DNA of 62,368 nt from an uncultured Bacillota bacterium (GCA_934271085.1 CAKQQU010000002.1:1-62368); one strand, 5' to 3'; shown: positions 26,654-36,026, counted from the first letter of the stretch. Numbers and translations: made by a program. The notes: generated by a model not told the origin, from the sequence alone.

Positions 26654-27390
26654 TGTCTTCCATCAAAATACTCTGGCTTTATCCTTCTGTGCTTAATCTT
26701 CACGGCGACAGGGGCAATATTATGGCTCTGCAGCGTATCGGAGGTATGATGGGGCTGCCTGTGGAAATAGTGAGGGTAGAATCCCCCGGGGATGAATTGC
26801 CCCTGGATGATTGCTGTCTGATATATGCCGGCGCAGGCCAGGTGCGGGATATGGAAAATATTGCCAGGTCCCTCAGCAGCGACAGGGACAGGCTGGACAG
26901 TTGTATATCCCGGGGAGGGTATATCCTGGCTACAGGCAGCAGCGGCTGCCTGTTGGCCCATCATACCAGGCGGGCGGATGGCAGCGTTATCCCCGGCCTG
27001 GGGCTGCTGCCCATGATCTGTACTGAGCGGGAAACAGTTTACGGCGATGATATCTGGTTTGATACCGCCTCCGGCATAGAGATAATCGGCAATCAGATCC
27101 AGGTGGTAGATACCCAGTTGGAGCAGGGGGCCGAGGTTTTCGGCCATTTGCTTTACGGATACGGTAATAACGGCAAAGAGGATGAGGGCTGCCGCCGGGG
27201 CAATATTATATTCACCAATACTTTAGGTCCTTTGCTGGTGAAAAATCCCCGGTTTACCCAGGATCTGCTGGAAAGGCTGGCTGTTATGGCAGGCTGCGAA
27301 GGTTACCATATGCTGAATTCCGCAGACATGGATTATGAAGATAAGTCGGCAGAGCTTATCCGGGCTTTTATTAAAAAGAAAATGGCTTAA
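26650..27390 (+). CDS. gatD: Lipid II isoglutaminyl synthase, glutaminase subunit (CobQ/GATase-like)
   Basis: 246 aa. N-terminus ILWLYPSVLNLHGDRGN is typical of GatD. Translationally coupled to murT. Confidence 0.8.
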   Translation: MMSSIKILWLYPSVLNLHGDRGNIMALQRIGGMMGLPVEIVRVESPGDELPLDDCCLIYAGAGQVRDMENIARSLSSDRDRLDSCISRGGYILATGSSGCLLAHHTRRADGSVIPGLGLLPMICTERETVYGDDIWFDTASGIEIIGNQIQVVDTQLEQGAEVFGHLLYGYGNNGKEDEGCRRGNIIFTNTLGPLLVKNPRFTQDLLERLAVMAGCEGYHMLNSADMDYEDKSAELIRAFIKKKMA

Positions 27391-27420
27391 GGGCAAAAAG
27401 GTGCGAAAGAGAGGACAAAG

Positions 27421-28482
27421 ATGTATCCCAGAATAGTTATTGAAAAGGATAAGGTTCTCAGCAATGCCATTGCGCTAAAGAATTTAGCTGCTTCCCGTCA
27501 GATAGAACTGACCCCGGTGGTCAAGGCACTGGCCGGTTATGCGCCGCTTATTCGGGATATGGCTGATTTGGGCTTCAAGCGCTTTGGCGACGCTACTTTG
27601 CCTCATTTTCGGGCTTACCAGGATGTTTCGGCAGAAAAATGGCTGTTGCGCAATCCTATGACCTGCGAGATCCCGGAGCTGGTGCGCCTTACCGACGGCA
27701 GCTTGGTATCGGAGGCCAGGGTATTGCTGGCCCTGGAAGAGGAAGCCAGGTCTATCCGCCGGGAATACCAGGTTTTGCTCATGGCTGAGCTGGGCGATCT
27801 TAGGGAAGGCTGCGAGGAGGCGGAACTGTTGGCTTTGGTAGAGCTGGCCGAGAGTTTGCCCCATATCCGCCTGATGGGCCTGGGAGCAAATTTAAGCTGC
27901 TTTGGCAATATTTTGCCCGGGCATGATAATATGGCCGAGCTGTCCCGGCTTTTTGATTTGGCCCAGGAGCGTGCCGGGCGGCCGCTGGAGCGGCTTTCCG
28001 GCGGCAATTCCAGCTCTTATCTCATGCTTGAACAGGGAACTTTGCCTGCTGCTGTAAATGACCTGCGCCTGGGGGAATCTGTTTTGCTGGGGCGCCTGCC
28101 TTGCTATGACCGCCCTATAGAAGGCCTGCAGCAACAGGCTTTTTGCATTGAGGCCAAGATCGTGGAGCTTAAGGAAAAGCCATCCATGCCCTGGGGTGAA
28201 TGCGGAGCCACAGACAGCTTTGGCGGCAAGGTGGCTTTCGCCGATAGGGGCCGGCGTTTGCGGGCTCTGGCAGCCTTGGGAAAGCAGGAGATATATATCA
28301 ACGGGCTGGTGCCTCTGGATAGCGGCGTGGAAATATTGGGAGGCTGCAGCGATTATCTGGTTCTGGATCTGACGGAGAGCCAACAAAAGTATCAGTTGGA
28401 CGACGTACTTAGTTTTGCCTGCGATTATGCGGCTTTGGCTACCGGTATGAGCTCCGTATATCTTGATAAAGAATATCTGTAA
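27421..28482 (+). CDS. PLP-dependent amino-acid racemase of the alanine-racemase-fold, YhfX/ornithine-lysine racemase-like group
   Basis: 353 aa with a TIM-barrel N-terminal pattern. Candidate PLP lysine in TPVVKALAGY. Substrate unknown. Confidence 0.6.
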   Translation: MYPRIVIEKDKVLSNAIALKNLAASRQIELTPVVKALAGYAPLIRDMADLGFKRFGDATLPHFRAYQDVSAEKWLLRNPMTCEIPELVRLTDGSLVSEARVLLALEEEARSIRREYQVLLMAELGDLREGCEEAELLALVELAESLPHIRLMGLGANLSCFGNILPGHDNMAELSRLFDLAQERAGRPLERLSGGNSSSYLMLEQGTLPAAVNDLRLGESVLLGRLPCYDRPIEGLQQQAFCIEAKIVELKEKPSMPWGECGATDSFGGKVAFADRGRRLRALAALGKQEIYINGLVPLDSGVEILGGCSDYLVLDLTESQQKYQLDDVLSFACDYAALATGMSSVYLDKEYL

Positions 28483-28520
28483 AAGCCGGATGGCAGAAAA
28501 ATTTAGCTGCCGGCTTGTTT
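28483..28520 (+). terminator. Terminator after the racemase gene
   Basis: AAGCCGG...CCGGCTT stem with an inner CAG/CTG extension, followed by GTTTT. Confidence 0.6.
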
Positions 28521-28613
28521 TGGGGAAGTAAATATTGTATTATTAGTAATAGCTACTGATAATATCCGCTGCAAGGCCGCAGCTATGAATAAGCTCAAAC
28601 AGGAGGAAGCAAG

Positions 28614-30410
28614 ATGGAGATCACCAAAGATATAATCTATGTAGGGGTCAACGATCATCAGGTGGATCTGTTCGAGGGGCAGTATGCGGTGCCCGCGGGG
28701 ATGTCCTACAATTCCTATGTTATAAATGATGAAAAGCTGGCAGTTATGGATACGGTGGATGCGCATTTTGCCCATGAGTGGCTGGATAATCTGGATGCAG
28801 CCTTTTCCGGCCGCCAGCCCGATTACCTGATAGTGCAGCATATGGAGCCGGATCATTCCGCCAATATCATGCGCTTTATCCAAAGCTACCCTCGGGCCGT
28901 TATCGTCAGCAATGCCAAGGCCTTTGCCATGATGGATAAATTTTTTGATACGGTTATTCCGGAAAGCCGGAAGCTGGTGGTGGATAACGGCGATACTCTG
29001 ATGCTGGGCAGGCATCAGCTGCATTTTGTTTTTGCTCCCATGGTGCATTGGCCGGAGGTAATGGTCACTTATGACAGCACAGATAAGGTGCTGTTTTCTG
29101 CAGACGGCTTCGGCAAATTCGGCGCATTGGATGTGGAAGAACCCTGGGATGATGAATCCCGCCGTTATTATATCGGTATAGTTGGCAAATACGGCACCCA
29201 GGTACAGGCTTTGCTTAAAAAGGCCGCTGCTCTGGATATCAGTATTATCTGCCCCCTGCACGGCCCGGTGCTCAAAGAGGATCTGGGCCATTATCTGGAT
29301 CTATATAATACCTGGTCCAGTTATGGAGTTGAAAGCGACGGCATCGTGATAGCCTATACTTCTGTTTACGGCCATACCAAAAAGGCTGTGGAGCTGCTGG
29401 CTGATAAACTGCGGCAAAAGGGCTGCCCCCAGGTGGTCATCTACGATCTGGCCCGCTGCGATATGTCACAGGCTGTGGCAGACGCCTTCCGCTATGGCAA
29501 GCTGGTGCTGGCCACCACTACTTATAATGCGGATATTTATCCTTTTATGCATCATTTCATCCACGGTCTTACCGAGCGCAATTTTCAGAACCGTACCATA
29601 GGTCTTATAGAAAACGGCAGTTGGGCTCCGCTGGCTGCCAAAGTTATGAAAGATATGCTCAGTGGCTCCAAAAATATCAACTGGCTGGACACCACGGTCA
29701 GGATAAAATCAGCCCTTTCCGATGAGAGCCGCAGCCAGGTGGAAGCTATGGCTGATGAGCTGTGCCGGGATTATATTGCCCGCTCCGGTGATATGGCAAA
29801 TAAAAACGACCTGACTGCTTTGTTTAAGATCGGCTACGGGCTTTATGTGGTAACCTCCAATGACGGCAAAAAGGATAACGGTCTGATAGTCAATACCATC
29901 AGCCAGCTCACTGACAGCCCTAACAGGGTGGCTGTTACTATCAATAAGGCCAATTATTCCCATCATATCATCAGACAAACAGGCATCATGAATGTAAACT
30001 GTCTTTCTCAGGACGCGCCTTTTAAAGTGTTTGAAAATTTCGGATTCCAAAGCGGACGAAATACCGATAAGTTTGCCGGTTGGGAGGATCTTTGCCGCTC
30101 TGATAACGGGCTGATCTTTTTGCCGCATTATATCAATGCTTTCATGTCCCTTAAGGTTGAGCAGTATGTGGATCTGGATACCCACGGCATGTTCATCTGC
30201 AGCGTTACCGAGGCGCGGGTGATGAGCGACCGTCCCACCATTACTTATGATTATTATCAAAGTAATGTAAAACCCAAAGCAGATGTGGAGGGCAAAAAGG
30301 GCTTTGTCTGCCGTATATGCGGTTATGTTTATGAAGGCGATGAGCTGCCGGATGATTTTATTTGCCCTCTGTGCAAGCATGGGGCGGCGGATTTTGAGCC
30401 TATTGGTTGA
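28614..30410 (+). CDS. Multidomain flavodiiron protein: metallo-beta-lactamase-like diiron domain + flavodoxin + flavin-reductase-like domain + rubredoxin
   Basis: 598 aa. Diiron motif HMEPDHS. Flavodoxin segment IAYTSVYGHTKK. Flavin-reductase-like segment GLYVVTSNDGKKDNGLIVNT. C-terminal rubredoxin CRICGYVY...CPLCKHG. Confidence 0.85.
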   Translation: MEITKDIIYVGVNDHQVDLFEGQYAVPAGMSYNSYVINDEKLAVMDTVDAHFAHEWLDNLDAAFSGRQPDYLIVQHMEPDHSANIMRFIQSYPRAVIVSNAKAFAMMDKFFDTVIPESRKLVVDNGDTLMLGRHQLHFVFAPMVHWPEVMVTYDSTDKVLFSADGFGKFGALDVEEPWDDESRRYYIGIVGKYGTQVQALLKKAAALDISIICPLHGPVLKEDLGHYLDLYNTWSSYGVESDGIVIAYTSVYGHTKKAVELLADKLRQKGCPQVVIYDLARCDMSQAVADAFRYGKLVLATTTYNADIYPFMHHFIHGLTERNFQNRTIGLIENGSWAPLAAKVMKDMLSGSKNINWLDTTVRIKSALSDESRSQVEAMADELCRDYIARSGDMANKNDLTALFKIGYGLYVVTSNDGKKDNGLIVNTISQLTDSPNRVAVTINKANYSHHIIRQTGIMNVNCLSQDAPFKVFENFGFQSGRNTDKFAGWEDLCRSDNGLIFLPHYINAFMSLKVEQYVDLDTHGMFICSVTEARVMSDRPTITYDYYQSNVKPKADVEGKKGFVCRICGYVYEGDELPDDFICPLCKHGAADFEPIG

Positions 30411-30435
30411 TTTAGACGAGATGTATTTGATTTAT

Positions 30436-30469
30436 AAAAAAACCGTTTCCTTTGGGGAAACGGTTTTTT
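30436..30469. terminator. Bidirectional terminator between the FDP gene and the convergent PNPOx-like gene
   Basis: AAAAAACCGTTTCC-TTTGG-GGAAACGGTTTTTT. Confidence 0.8.
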
Positions 30470-30497
30470 ATCGTCCTTTATAGATACAAATGGGGAT

Positions 30498-30896
30498 TTA
30501 GAATTTGATTACCTGGGGCGCGGCGGTAAAAGAAGAAAAGGTGGCGGTAGCGTCCTTAAGGTACCATACTTCGTTATTGCCGTCGCCGGGCTTGTACATG
30601 CTCTGCAGGCTGGGATAATCTGCCAGCAGCGCCTTCTGGGGCTCCAGCCGGTCATCCGGCACAGCCGTTGCCGCTATGCGCAGCCAGGTCTGGCCGTCAA
30701 AGGCGCACAGCTCCACTTTAGGATCAGCATGCATCTGCCGGGACACGTCTTTGGATTTGCCGGTCTGAATATAGAGCTTGCCCTCATAGAGCTTACATGT
30801 GCCAAAAGGCCGCACTCTGGCCTGATCCCCGTCTACGGTAGCCAGATAATAGGTATCGCATTTTTTCAGAAAATCGTTAATATCCTGAATGTTCAT
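30498..30896 (-). CDS. Pyridoxamine 5-phosphate oxidase-fold (FMN-binding split barrel) family protein
   Basis: 132 aa. The pattern YYLATVDGDQARVRPFG...LYIQTGKSK is typical of this small flavoprotein family. Confidence 0.7.
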   Translation of the reverse strand: MNIQDINDFLKKCDTYYLATVDGDQARVRPFGTCKLYEGKLYIQTGKSKDVSRQMHADPKVELCAFDGQTWLRIAATAVPDDRLEPQKALLADYPSLQSMYKPGDGNNEVWYLKDATATFSSFTAAPQVIKF

Positions 30897-31000
30897 AGCC
30901 TGCCTCCTTTTAAGATTACTATCAACAACTTGTTATTTTAAGCATATCGCTTTAATCCCAAAATGCAAGGGACAATAGTAGCTATCCAGTCCCCTTTGTA

Positions 31001-31633
31001 TCAGCGGGGAAGCTGCATTTTCAGGTGAGCCAGCGAAAGAGCCATATTCTCATACTGGATTATGGCGTCCGGAGGCACGTTAAGGCGGCAGGGGGCAAAG
31101 CACCAGACAGCCCGGATGCCGCTGGCATATATCATATCAAAGGCTTCCTGGGCAGCTTTTGCAGGCACAGTTATGATAGCCAGCCTGACCTGGTTTTTGC
31201 TGCAAAAGGATGGGAATTCCTCTACCGGCAGTATCGGTTTCCCGTTGGGGGAGGTCTGCATCTCCCTTGCTTTAGGATCAAAGGCTGCCAATATTTCCAA
31301 TCCATATTCTTTAAAGCCGCCGTAATCCAGCAGAGCCCGGCCCAGTTTGCCGCCGCCTACGATCACGGTATTGCCGTTTTCGCTGCTGAGATAACTTTTC
31401 AGGCAGCGGATAAGCTCTGTTGTAAGATAGCCTATTTTAGGCTTGCCGGAACCGCAAAGCGCACCCATGTCTTTTCTGACCTGTACTTCTCCCAAACCCA
31501 GATTTCTGGCAATGGCAGCAGCGGAGATATAATTATCCTGAAGCGTCAGCGAACGCAAATAATTAAGATATGTTGGTATTCTGCTTAGGGTAGCCCGGGA
31601 AATTTTGTTTTCCAAAACAAACACCTCCTGCAT
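31001..31633 (-). CDS. rex: Redox-sensing repressor Rex (copy 1)
   Basis: wHTH N-terminus (KISRATLSRIPTYLNYLRSL) and Rossmann motif VIVGGGKLGRALL. The true start may be TTG at 31615 (MENKISRAT...), 7 nt after an internal AGGAGG. Confidence 0.85.
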   Translation of the reverse strand: MQEVFVLENKISRATLSRIPTYLNYLRSLTLQDNYISAAAIARNLGLGEVQVRKDMGALCGSGKPKIGYLTTELIRCLKSYLSSENGNTVIVGGGKLGRALLDYGGFKEYGLEILAAFDPKAREMQTSPNGKPILPVEEFPSFCSKNQVRLAIITVPAKAAQEAFDMIYASGIRAVWCFAPCRLNVPPDAIIQYENMALSLAHLKMQLPR

Positions 31634-31686
31634 TATAAGCCAGCGGCAGCAGGGCGTTGGCAGGTCGCCCTGCCGGGCATGGCGTT

Positions 31687-33381
31687 TTATATGTTTTTGG
31701 CGGTGTAATCTACATGCAGCAGTTCATGGGCCCTGTCGCCTATGATATCTTTGTATACTGATTTGATCAGGGGGTTCTCCTCGGAACGGCGGATACTCAA
31801 TAACCTGTCTGATTCATAAATGCCCTTTACCCGCTGGTTCTGATCGTTGGTGGCGGCAAAAGGCTGTCCGCCGCCGCAAACGCAGCCGCCTGGGCAGGCC
31901 ATTATTTCGATAAAATCGAATTTTTCTCCGGCCTTTACCCTTTGCAGCAGCTTTTCCGTATTATTCAGGCCGCTGGCTACAGCGATATGCAGCTTGCGGT
32001 CACCGTATTCCAGGTCAAATTCCTTGATACCCTCCATGCCCCGCTGGCCTGAGGTAGCAATTTTCAGCAGGGCGTTGCGGGATTTGTTGGCGACTACCCG
32101 GCGCAGCACAGCCTCGGTAACGCCGCCGGTAACGCCGAATATCAGACCTGCGCCGGAGACGGTGCCGAAGGGCATATCGATGGCTTCCGGTTCCAGATCG
32201 CTGAAAACGATGCTGGATTCTTCTATCATACGGATAAGCTCCTGAGTGGTGATGACCGCGTCCACATTAGGTTGGCCGTTATTCCTGAATTCATCCCTGG
32301 CAGCCTCAAATTTCTTGGCGGTGCAGGGCATAACCGCTACATGGAACATCCTGCGGGTGTCAGGCGCGGCATGGTCCTTAAGCAGGGCTGCCATCATTTG
32401 CATGGGAGAACGGCAGCTTGAGATGTTGGACAGCAGCTCCGGATGCTTTTTCTCGCAGTATTGCACCCAGCCGGGACAGCAGGATGTGATGAGAGGCAGA
32501 TCCTGGCCGGAATCCAGCCTGGAGAGAAATTCGGCGGACTCCTCTATAACCGTCAGATCAGCCCCCAGCGAGGTATCATATATTTCATCAAAGCCCATAC
32601 GGCGCAGGGCAGCCACGATCTTACCCATGGCGTTTTCACCGCTTTTCATGCCAAGTTCCCGTCCCAGCGCTACCCGGACTGCCGGAGCTATCTGCACGGT
32701 GGTGCGGATATTGGGGTCCTCTATAGCCTGCCAGACCTCTTTCATATTTTTGCGTACCACGATGGCGCCGGTGGGGCAGACTACGGAGCATTGTCCGCAG
32801 CCTACGCAGGGGGATTCGGCCAGGGGTTTGTTAAAGGCGGTGCTTATCCGCATTTTGGAGCCGCGGAAGGCAAAGTTGATAGCGCCTACATTCTGCACCT
32901 CATTGCACATACGTACACAGTCGCCGCAGAGAATGCATTTGCCCTCGTCCCGGGAAATGCACAGGGAAGAGGTGTCCTCGCCCTTGGTGGAATGGGCATT
33001 GTTGGGAAAACGCACACTGGAAATATTAAAGCGCATGGCCAGATCCTGCAATTTGCAGTTGCCGTTGTTCTCGCAGACTGTGCAGTCCCGGCAATGATTG
33101 GCCAGGATCAGCTCCAGGATATTTTTGCGGTAGCGGCGCAGGCGCTGGGTATTGGTCTTGATATTCATTCCCGCCTTGGGAGGGGTAGAGCAGGCTGCGT
33201 CCAGGCCGCCCCATTCGTTTTCCACCATGCACATGCGGCAGGCGCCATAAATGGAGAGCTCGGAATGATAGCAGAATGTGGGCAGATTGATACCCATTTT
33301 CCGCAGTACTTCCAGAATATTTTTTTCGCCTTCTATTTCCACGGGGATACCGTCAACTGTCATATACTGTTTTTCAGCCAT
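31687..33381 (-). CDS. hydA: [FeFe]-hydrogenase catalytic subunit, HydABC (group A3, bifurcating-type), copy 1
   Basis: 564 aa. N-terminal 2Fe-2S and 4Fe-4S cysteine clusters. H-cluster motifs TSCCPGW, MPCTAKKFE, EIMACPGGCVCGGGQP. Confidence 0.9.
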   Translation of the reverse strand: MAEKQYMTVDGIPVEIEGEKNILEVLRKMGINLPTFCYHSELSIYGACRMCMVENEWGGLDAACSTPPKAGMNIKTNTQRLRRYRKNILELILANHCRDCTVCENNGNCKLQDLAMRFNISSVRFPNNAHSTKGEDTSSLCISRDEGKCILCGDCVRMCNEVQNVGAINFAFRGSKMRISTAFNKPLAESPCVGCGQCSVVCPTGAIVVRKNMKEVWQAIEDPNIRTTVQIAPAVRVALGRELGMKSGENAMGKIVAALRRMGFDEIYDTSLGADLTVIEESAEFLSRLDSGQDLPLITSCCPGWVQYCEKKHPELLSNISSCRSPMQMMAALLKDHAAPDTRRMFHVAVMPCTAKKFEAARDEFRNNGQPNVDAVITTQELIRMIEESSIVFSDLEPEAIDMPFGTVSGAGLIFGVTGGVTEAVLRRVVANKSRNALLKIATSGQRGMEGIKEFDLEYGDRKLHIAVASGLNNTEKLLQRVKAGEKFDFIEIMACPGGCVCGGGQPFAATNDQNQRVKGIYESDRLLSIRRSEENPLIKSVYKDIIGDRAHELLHVDYTAKNI

Positions 33382-33384
33382 TGT

Positions 33385-35259
33385 TTAACCCTCCTTGATG
33401 GCATGGAAAGCGCAGGCTCCCACGCAGCTTCCGCAGCGGATGCATTTATCCAGATCGATAACGAAAGGCTCCTTGATCTTGCCGCTGATAGCGTTCACCG
33501 GGCAGATGCGGGCGCATTTGCTGCAGCCCTTGCACAGCTCGGGTATTATCTCTATCCGCTTCAGCTTCTGGCAGGCCCCGGCAGGGCAGCGCTTATCGTA
33601 GATATGGGCCTCGTATTCATCCCGGAAATTGCGTATGGTGCTGACCACCGGCGAGGGAGCTGATTTGCCCAGACCGCACAGGGCAGTGGATGAAATGGTA
33701 TCTGCCAGCTCCAGCAAAAGCTCAATATCGCCGTCTTTTCCCTGGCCTGCCACTATCCTCTCCAGTATTTCCAGCATCCTTTTGGTGCCTTCCCTGCAGG
33801 GTACGCATTTGCCGCAGGATTCATTTTGGGTAAAATTCATGAAAAAGCGGGCTACCTCCACCATGCAGGTGTGAGAATCCATTACTACCAGGCCGCCGGA
33901 GCCGATCATAGCCCCTACCTTGCTCAGAGTATCAAAATCCAGGGGCAGATCCAGATGCTCACCGGTGAGGCAGGCGCCGGAGGGGCCGCCTATCTGCACC
34001 GCCTTGAATTCGCCGTCTCCCCGCATACCGCCGCCGATATCAAAGATGATCTTCCGCAGGGTAGTACCCATAGGTACTTCGATCAGGCCGGTATTATTGA
34101 TATTGCCGGTTAGGGCAAAGGCTTTGGTGCCCGGGCTTTTTTCTGTGCCAAAGCCCAGATACCAGTCGGCGCCATTATTGATAATAGAGGTGATATTGGC
34201 ATAGGTTTCGACATTATTCAGTACGGTAGGCTTGTCAAACAATCCGTGCTCTACGGTTCTGGGTGGCTTTACTCTGGGAAAACCCCGCTTGCCCTCGATA
34301 GAGGCGGTCAGGGCGCTGCCCTCGCCGCAGACAAAAGCGCCTGCACCCCGGTTTATATGCAGCTTAAAGGAAAAATCAGTGCCAAGTATATGTTCTCCCA
34401 GCAGGCCCAGCTCCTCCGCCTGGGCAATAGCGTTGCGCAGCCGCTGTACCGCCAGGGGATACTCGGCGCGCACATAGATGTATCCCTCGCTGGCGCCGCA
34501 GGCAATGCCTGCTATTATCATGCCTTCCAGCATCCGGTGGGGGTCACCCTCCATGATGCTTCTGTCCATGAATGCGCCGGGGTCGCCTTCGTCGCCATTG
34601 CAGACTACATATTTCTGCGTCTCTTTCTGCCGCCGCACCTGAGCCCATTTACGGCCGGCGGGGAAGCCGCCGCCGCCACGACCCCGTAATGCGGATCTGG
34701 AAACTTCGTCGATGATCTCATCGCCGGTCATATCAAAGAGGGCTTTTTCAAGAGCCGTATAGCCGCCCACCGCCAGGTATTCGGTGATGGATTCGGCGTC
34801 GATGCGGCCGCAATGCTCCAATACCAGCCGGGTCTGCTGCTTGTAGAAGGGGATATCCTCCTGCTTTTTGTAGAGGCAGCCATCCTTGCAATAGCCCAGC
34901 CTTTCAATGTATTCTCCGCCTTTAACGGTCTTTTCCACTATTTCTTCGCAGTCGCTGACTTTGACTTTGGTATAGAGCCAACCCTGGGGATCGATGCGCA
35001 GCAGCGGGCCCATCTCGCAAAAGCCGTGGCAGCCGCTTTTTTTCATACCCACCGGGTTGCCATGGGGCTCAGCTTCCAGCGCTACAGCTACCGGGATATC
35101 CTGCTCCTCCATTAGCTCCCTTAGACGGTCGAAGACCTTAAGTGAACCGCCGGCTACGCAGCCGGTGCCTGCGCAGATGATGATCTTTTCGGTCTGGGCT
35201 TTATAGGCGGCTTTGGCCTTTTCTCTGGCTGCCATCAGTTCCTGTCTGCTTTTAAGCAT
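33385..35259 (-). CDS. hydB: HydB, NuoF-like NADH/FMN-binding subunit, copy 1
   Basis: 624 aa. GRGGGGFPAGRKW and CNGDEGDPGAF motifs, SCGKCVPCREG, and two C-terminal ferredoxin-type 4Fe-4S motifs. Confidence 0.9.
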   Translation of the reverse strand: MLKSRQELMAAREKAKAAYKAQTEKIIICAGTGCVAGGSLKVFDRLRELMEEQDIPVAVALEAEPHGNPVGMKKSGCHGFCEMGPLLRIDPQGWLYTKVKVSDCEEIVEKTVKGGEYIERLGYCKDGCLYKKQEDIPFYKQQTRLVLEHCGRIDAESITEYLAVGGYTALEKALFDMTGDEIIDEVSRSALRGRGGGGFPAGRKWAQVRRQKETQKYVVCNGDEGDPGAFMDRSIMEGDPHRMLEGMIIAGIACGASEGYIYVRAEYPLAVQRLRNAIAQAEELGLLGEHILGTDFSFKLHINRGAGAFVCGEGSALTASIEGKRGFPRVKPPRTVEHGLFDKPTVLNNVETYANITSIINNGADWYLGFGTEKSPGTKAFALTGNINNTGLIEVPMGTTLRKIIFDIGGGMRGDGEFKAVQIGGPSGACLTGEHLDLPLDFDTLSKVGAMIGSGGLVVMDSHTCMVEVARFFMNFTQNESCGKCVPCREGTKRMLEILERIVAGQGKDGDIELLLELADTISSTALCGLGKSAPSPVVSTIRNFRDEYEAHIYDKRCPAGACQKLKRIEIIPELCKGCSKCARICPVNAISGKIKEPFVIDLDKCIRCGSCVGACAFHAIKEG

Positions 35260-35737
35260 TTTTCTCCGCCTCCTTCAGTTCCTGCAAAAGTTCAGAAGCC
35301 TTGTCCGGGGTCATGGCCGGATGTACTTCGTCATTTACCATAAGTACAGGCGCCAGCCCGCAGGCGCCCAGACAGGATACGGTCTCTACCGTAAAGAGCA
35401 GGTCGTCGGTGGTCTTCTTTTTGTCGGTAAGCTGCAGTTCGCCTCTGAGCCTTTCCAGAATGGGGATGGAGCGGCGGACATGGCAGGCGGTGCCGTCGCA
35501 GATCTTGATAACATATTTGCCTTTGGGCTCCAGAGAAAAATTTTCGTAAAAGGTAGCCACGCTGTAAATGCGGGCTTCGCTCATCTGCAATTTGCCCGCC
35601 AGATAGGGGAAAACTTCCCGTGGCAGATAATGATAGTGTTCCTGTATTTCCTGTAAGATAGCAATGATAGCCTGTTCCTGGGATTCATGGGCGGACAGTA
35701 TCTTATCAACTACAGCAAAATCAAAGGGTTGGTTCAT
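35252..35737 (-). CDS. hydC: HydC, NuoE-like 2Fe-2S subunit, copy 1
   Basis: Motifs ICDGTACHV and VSCLGACGLAP. ATG 35737 lies 8 nt after GAGGAG. The track ORF begins one codon earlier, at TTG. Confidence 0.9.
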   Translation of the reverse strand: MNQPFDFAVVDKILSAHESQEQAIIAILQEIQEHYHYLPREVFPYLAGKLQMSEARIYSVATFYENFSLEPKGKYVIKICDGTACHVRRSIPILERLRGELQLTDKKKTTDDLLFTVETVSCLGACGLAPVLMVNDEVHPAMTPDKASELLQELKEAEKNA

Positions 35738-35791
35738 CAATATGGCTCCTCTCGTTTTGTTGGATTTTGACGGATATTGGGCCTTTTTTAT

Positions 35792-35820
35792 ATTGTAACA
35801 ACCGGTAATTGATTTGGCAA
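35792..35820 (-). promoter_or_regulatory. Candidate sigma-A promoter of hydCBA-rex operon 1 (TTGCCA-17 nt-TACAAT on the minus strand)
   Basis: Hexamers read on the reverse complement with a 17-nt spacer, about 55 nt upstream of the hydC start. Confidence 0.45.
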
Positions 35821-35845
35821 TTGCCTAAATTACATATGGGTAATA

Positions 35846-35861
35846 TATATATCGATATATA
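35846..35861. promoter_or_regulatory. 16-bp perfect palindrome TATATATCGATATATA upstream of the hyd operon 1 promoter
   Basis: Read directly. It contains the same ATATCGATAT decamer found twice at 47300-47323. Confidence 0.4.
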
Positions 35862-35925
35862 AGATATATAATACGGCCCTGGCCGGTAAGCGGTATTTTT
35901 ACGGTAACTGCGCTTAAAATATTTG

Positions 35926-35965
35926 GAGCCGGGAAAATACGATCATCAGCTCGTTTTCCCGGCTC
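35926..35965 (-). terminator. Strong stem-loop after the radical SAM gene (12-bp perfect stem GAGCCGGGAAAA/TTTTCCCGGCTC)
   Basis: The perfect inverted repeat has a 16-nt loop. It separates the arsR-radical SAM unit from hyd operon 1. Confidence 0.55.
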
Positions 35966-36026
35966 CGGGAGCCTGTCAGATTTTTGATTTAAGTTTAGGG
36001 GGCTCCTTTGTCAATCAGCTTATACT

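Noticed and set aside
35741-36026. Canonical Rex operators (TTGTGAA-N6-TTCACAA or TTGTTAA-type) upstream of hydC1, rex2 or hydC2
   Set aside because: Only fragments occur, such as TTGTAACAA at 35793 and TTGTGGTTTTAATG at 48042. Neither has a matching inverted half-site. Rex sites may exist with a divergent consensus, but I cannot support a call by eye.
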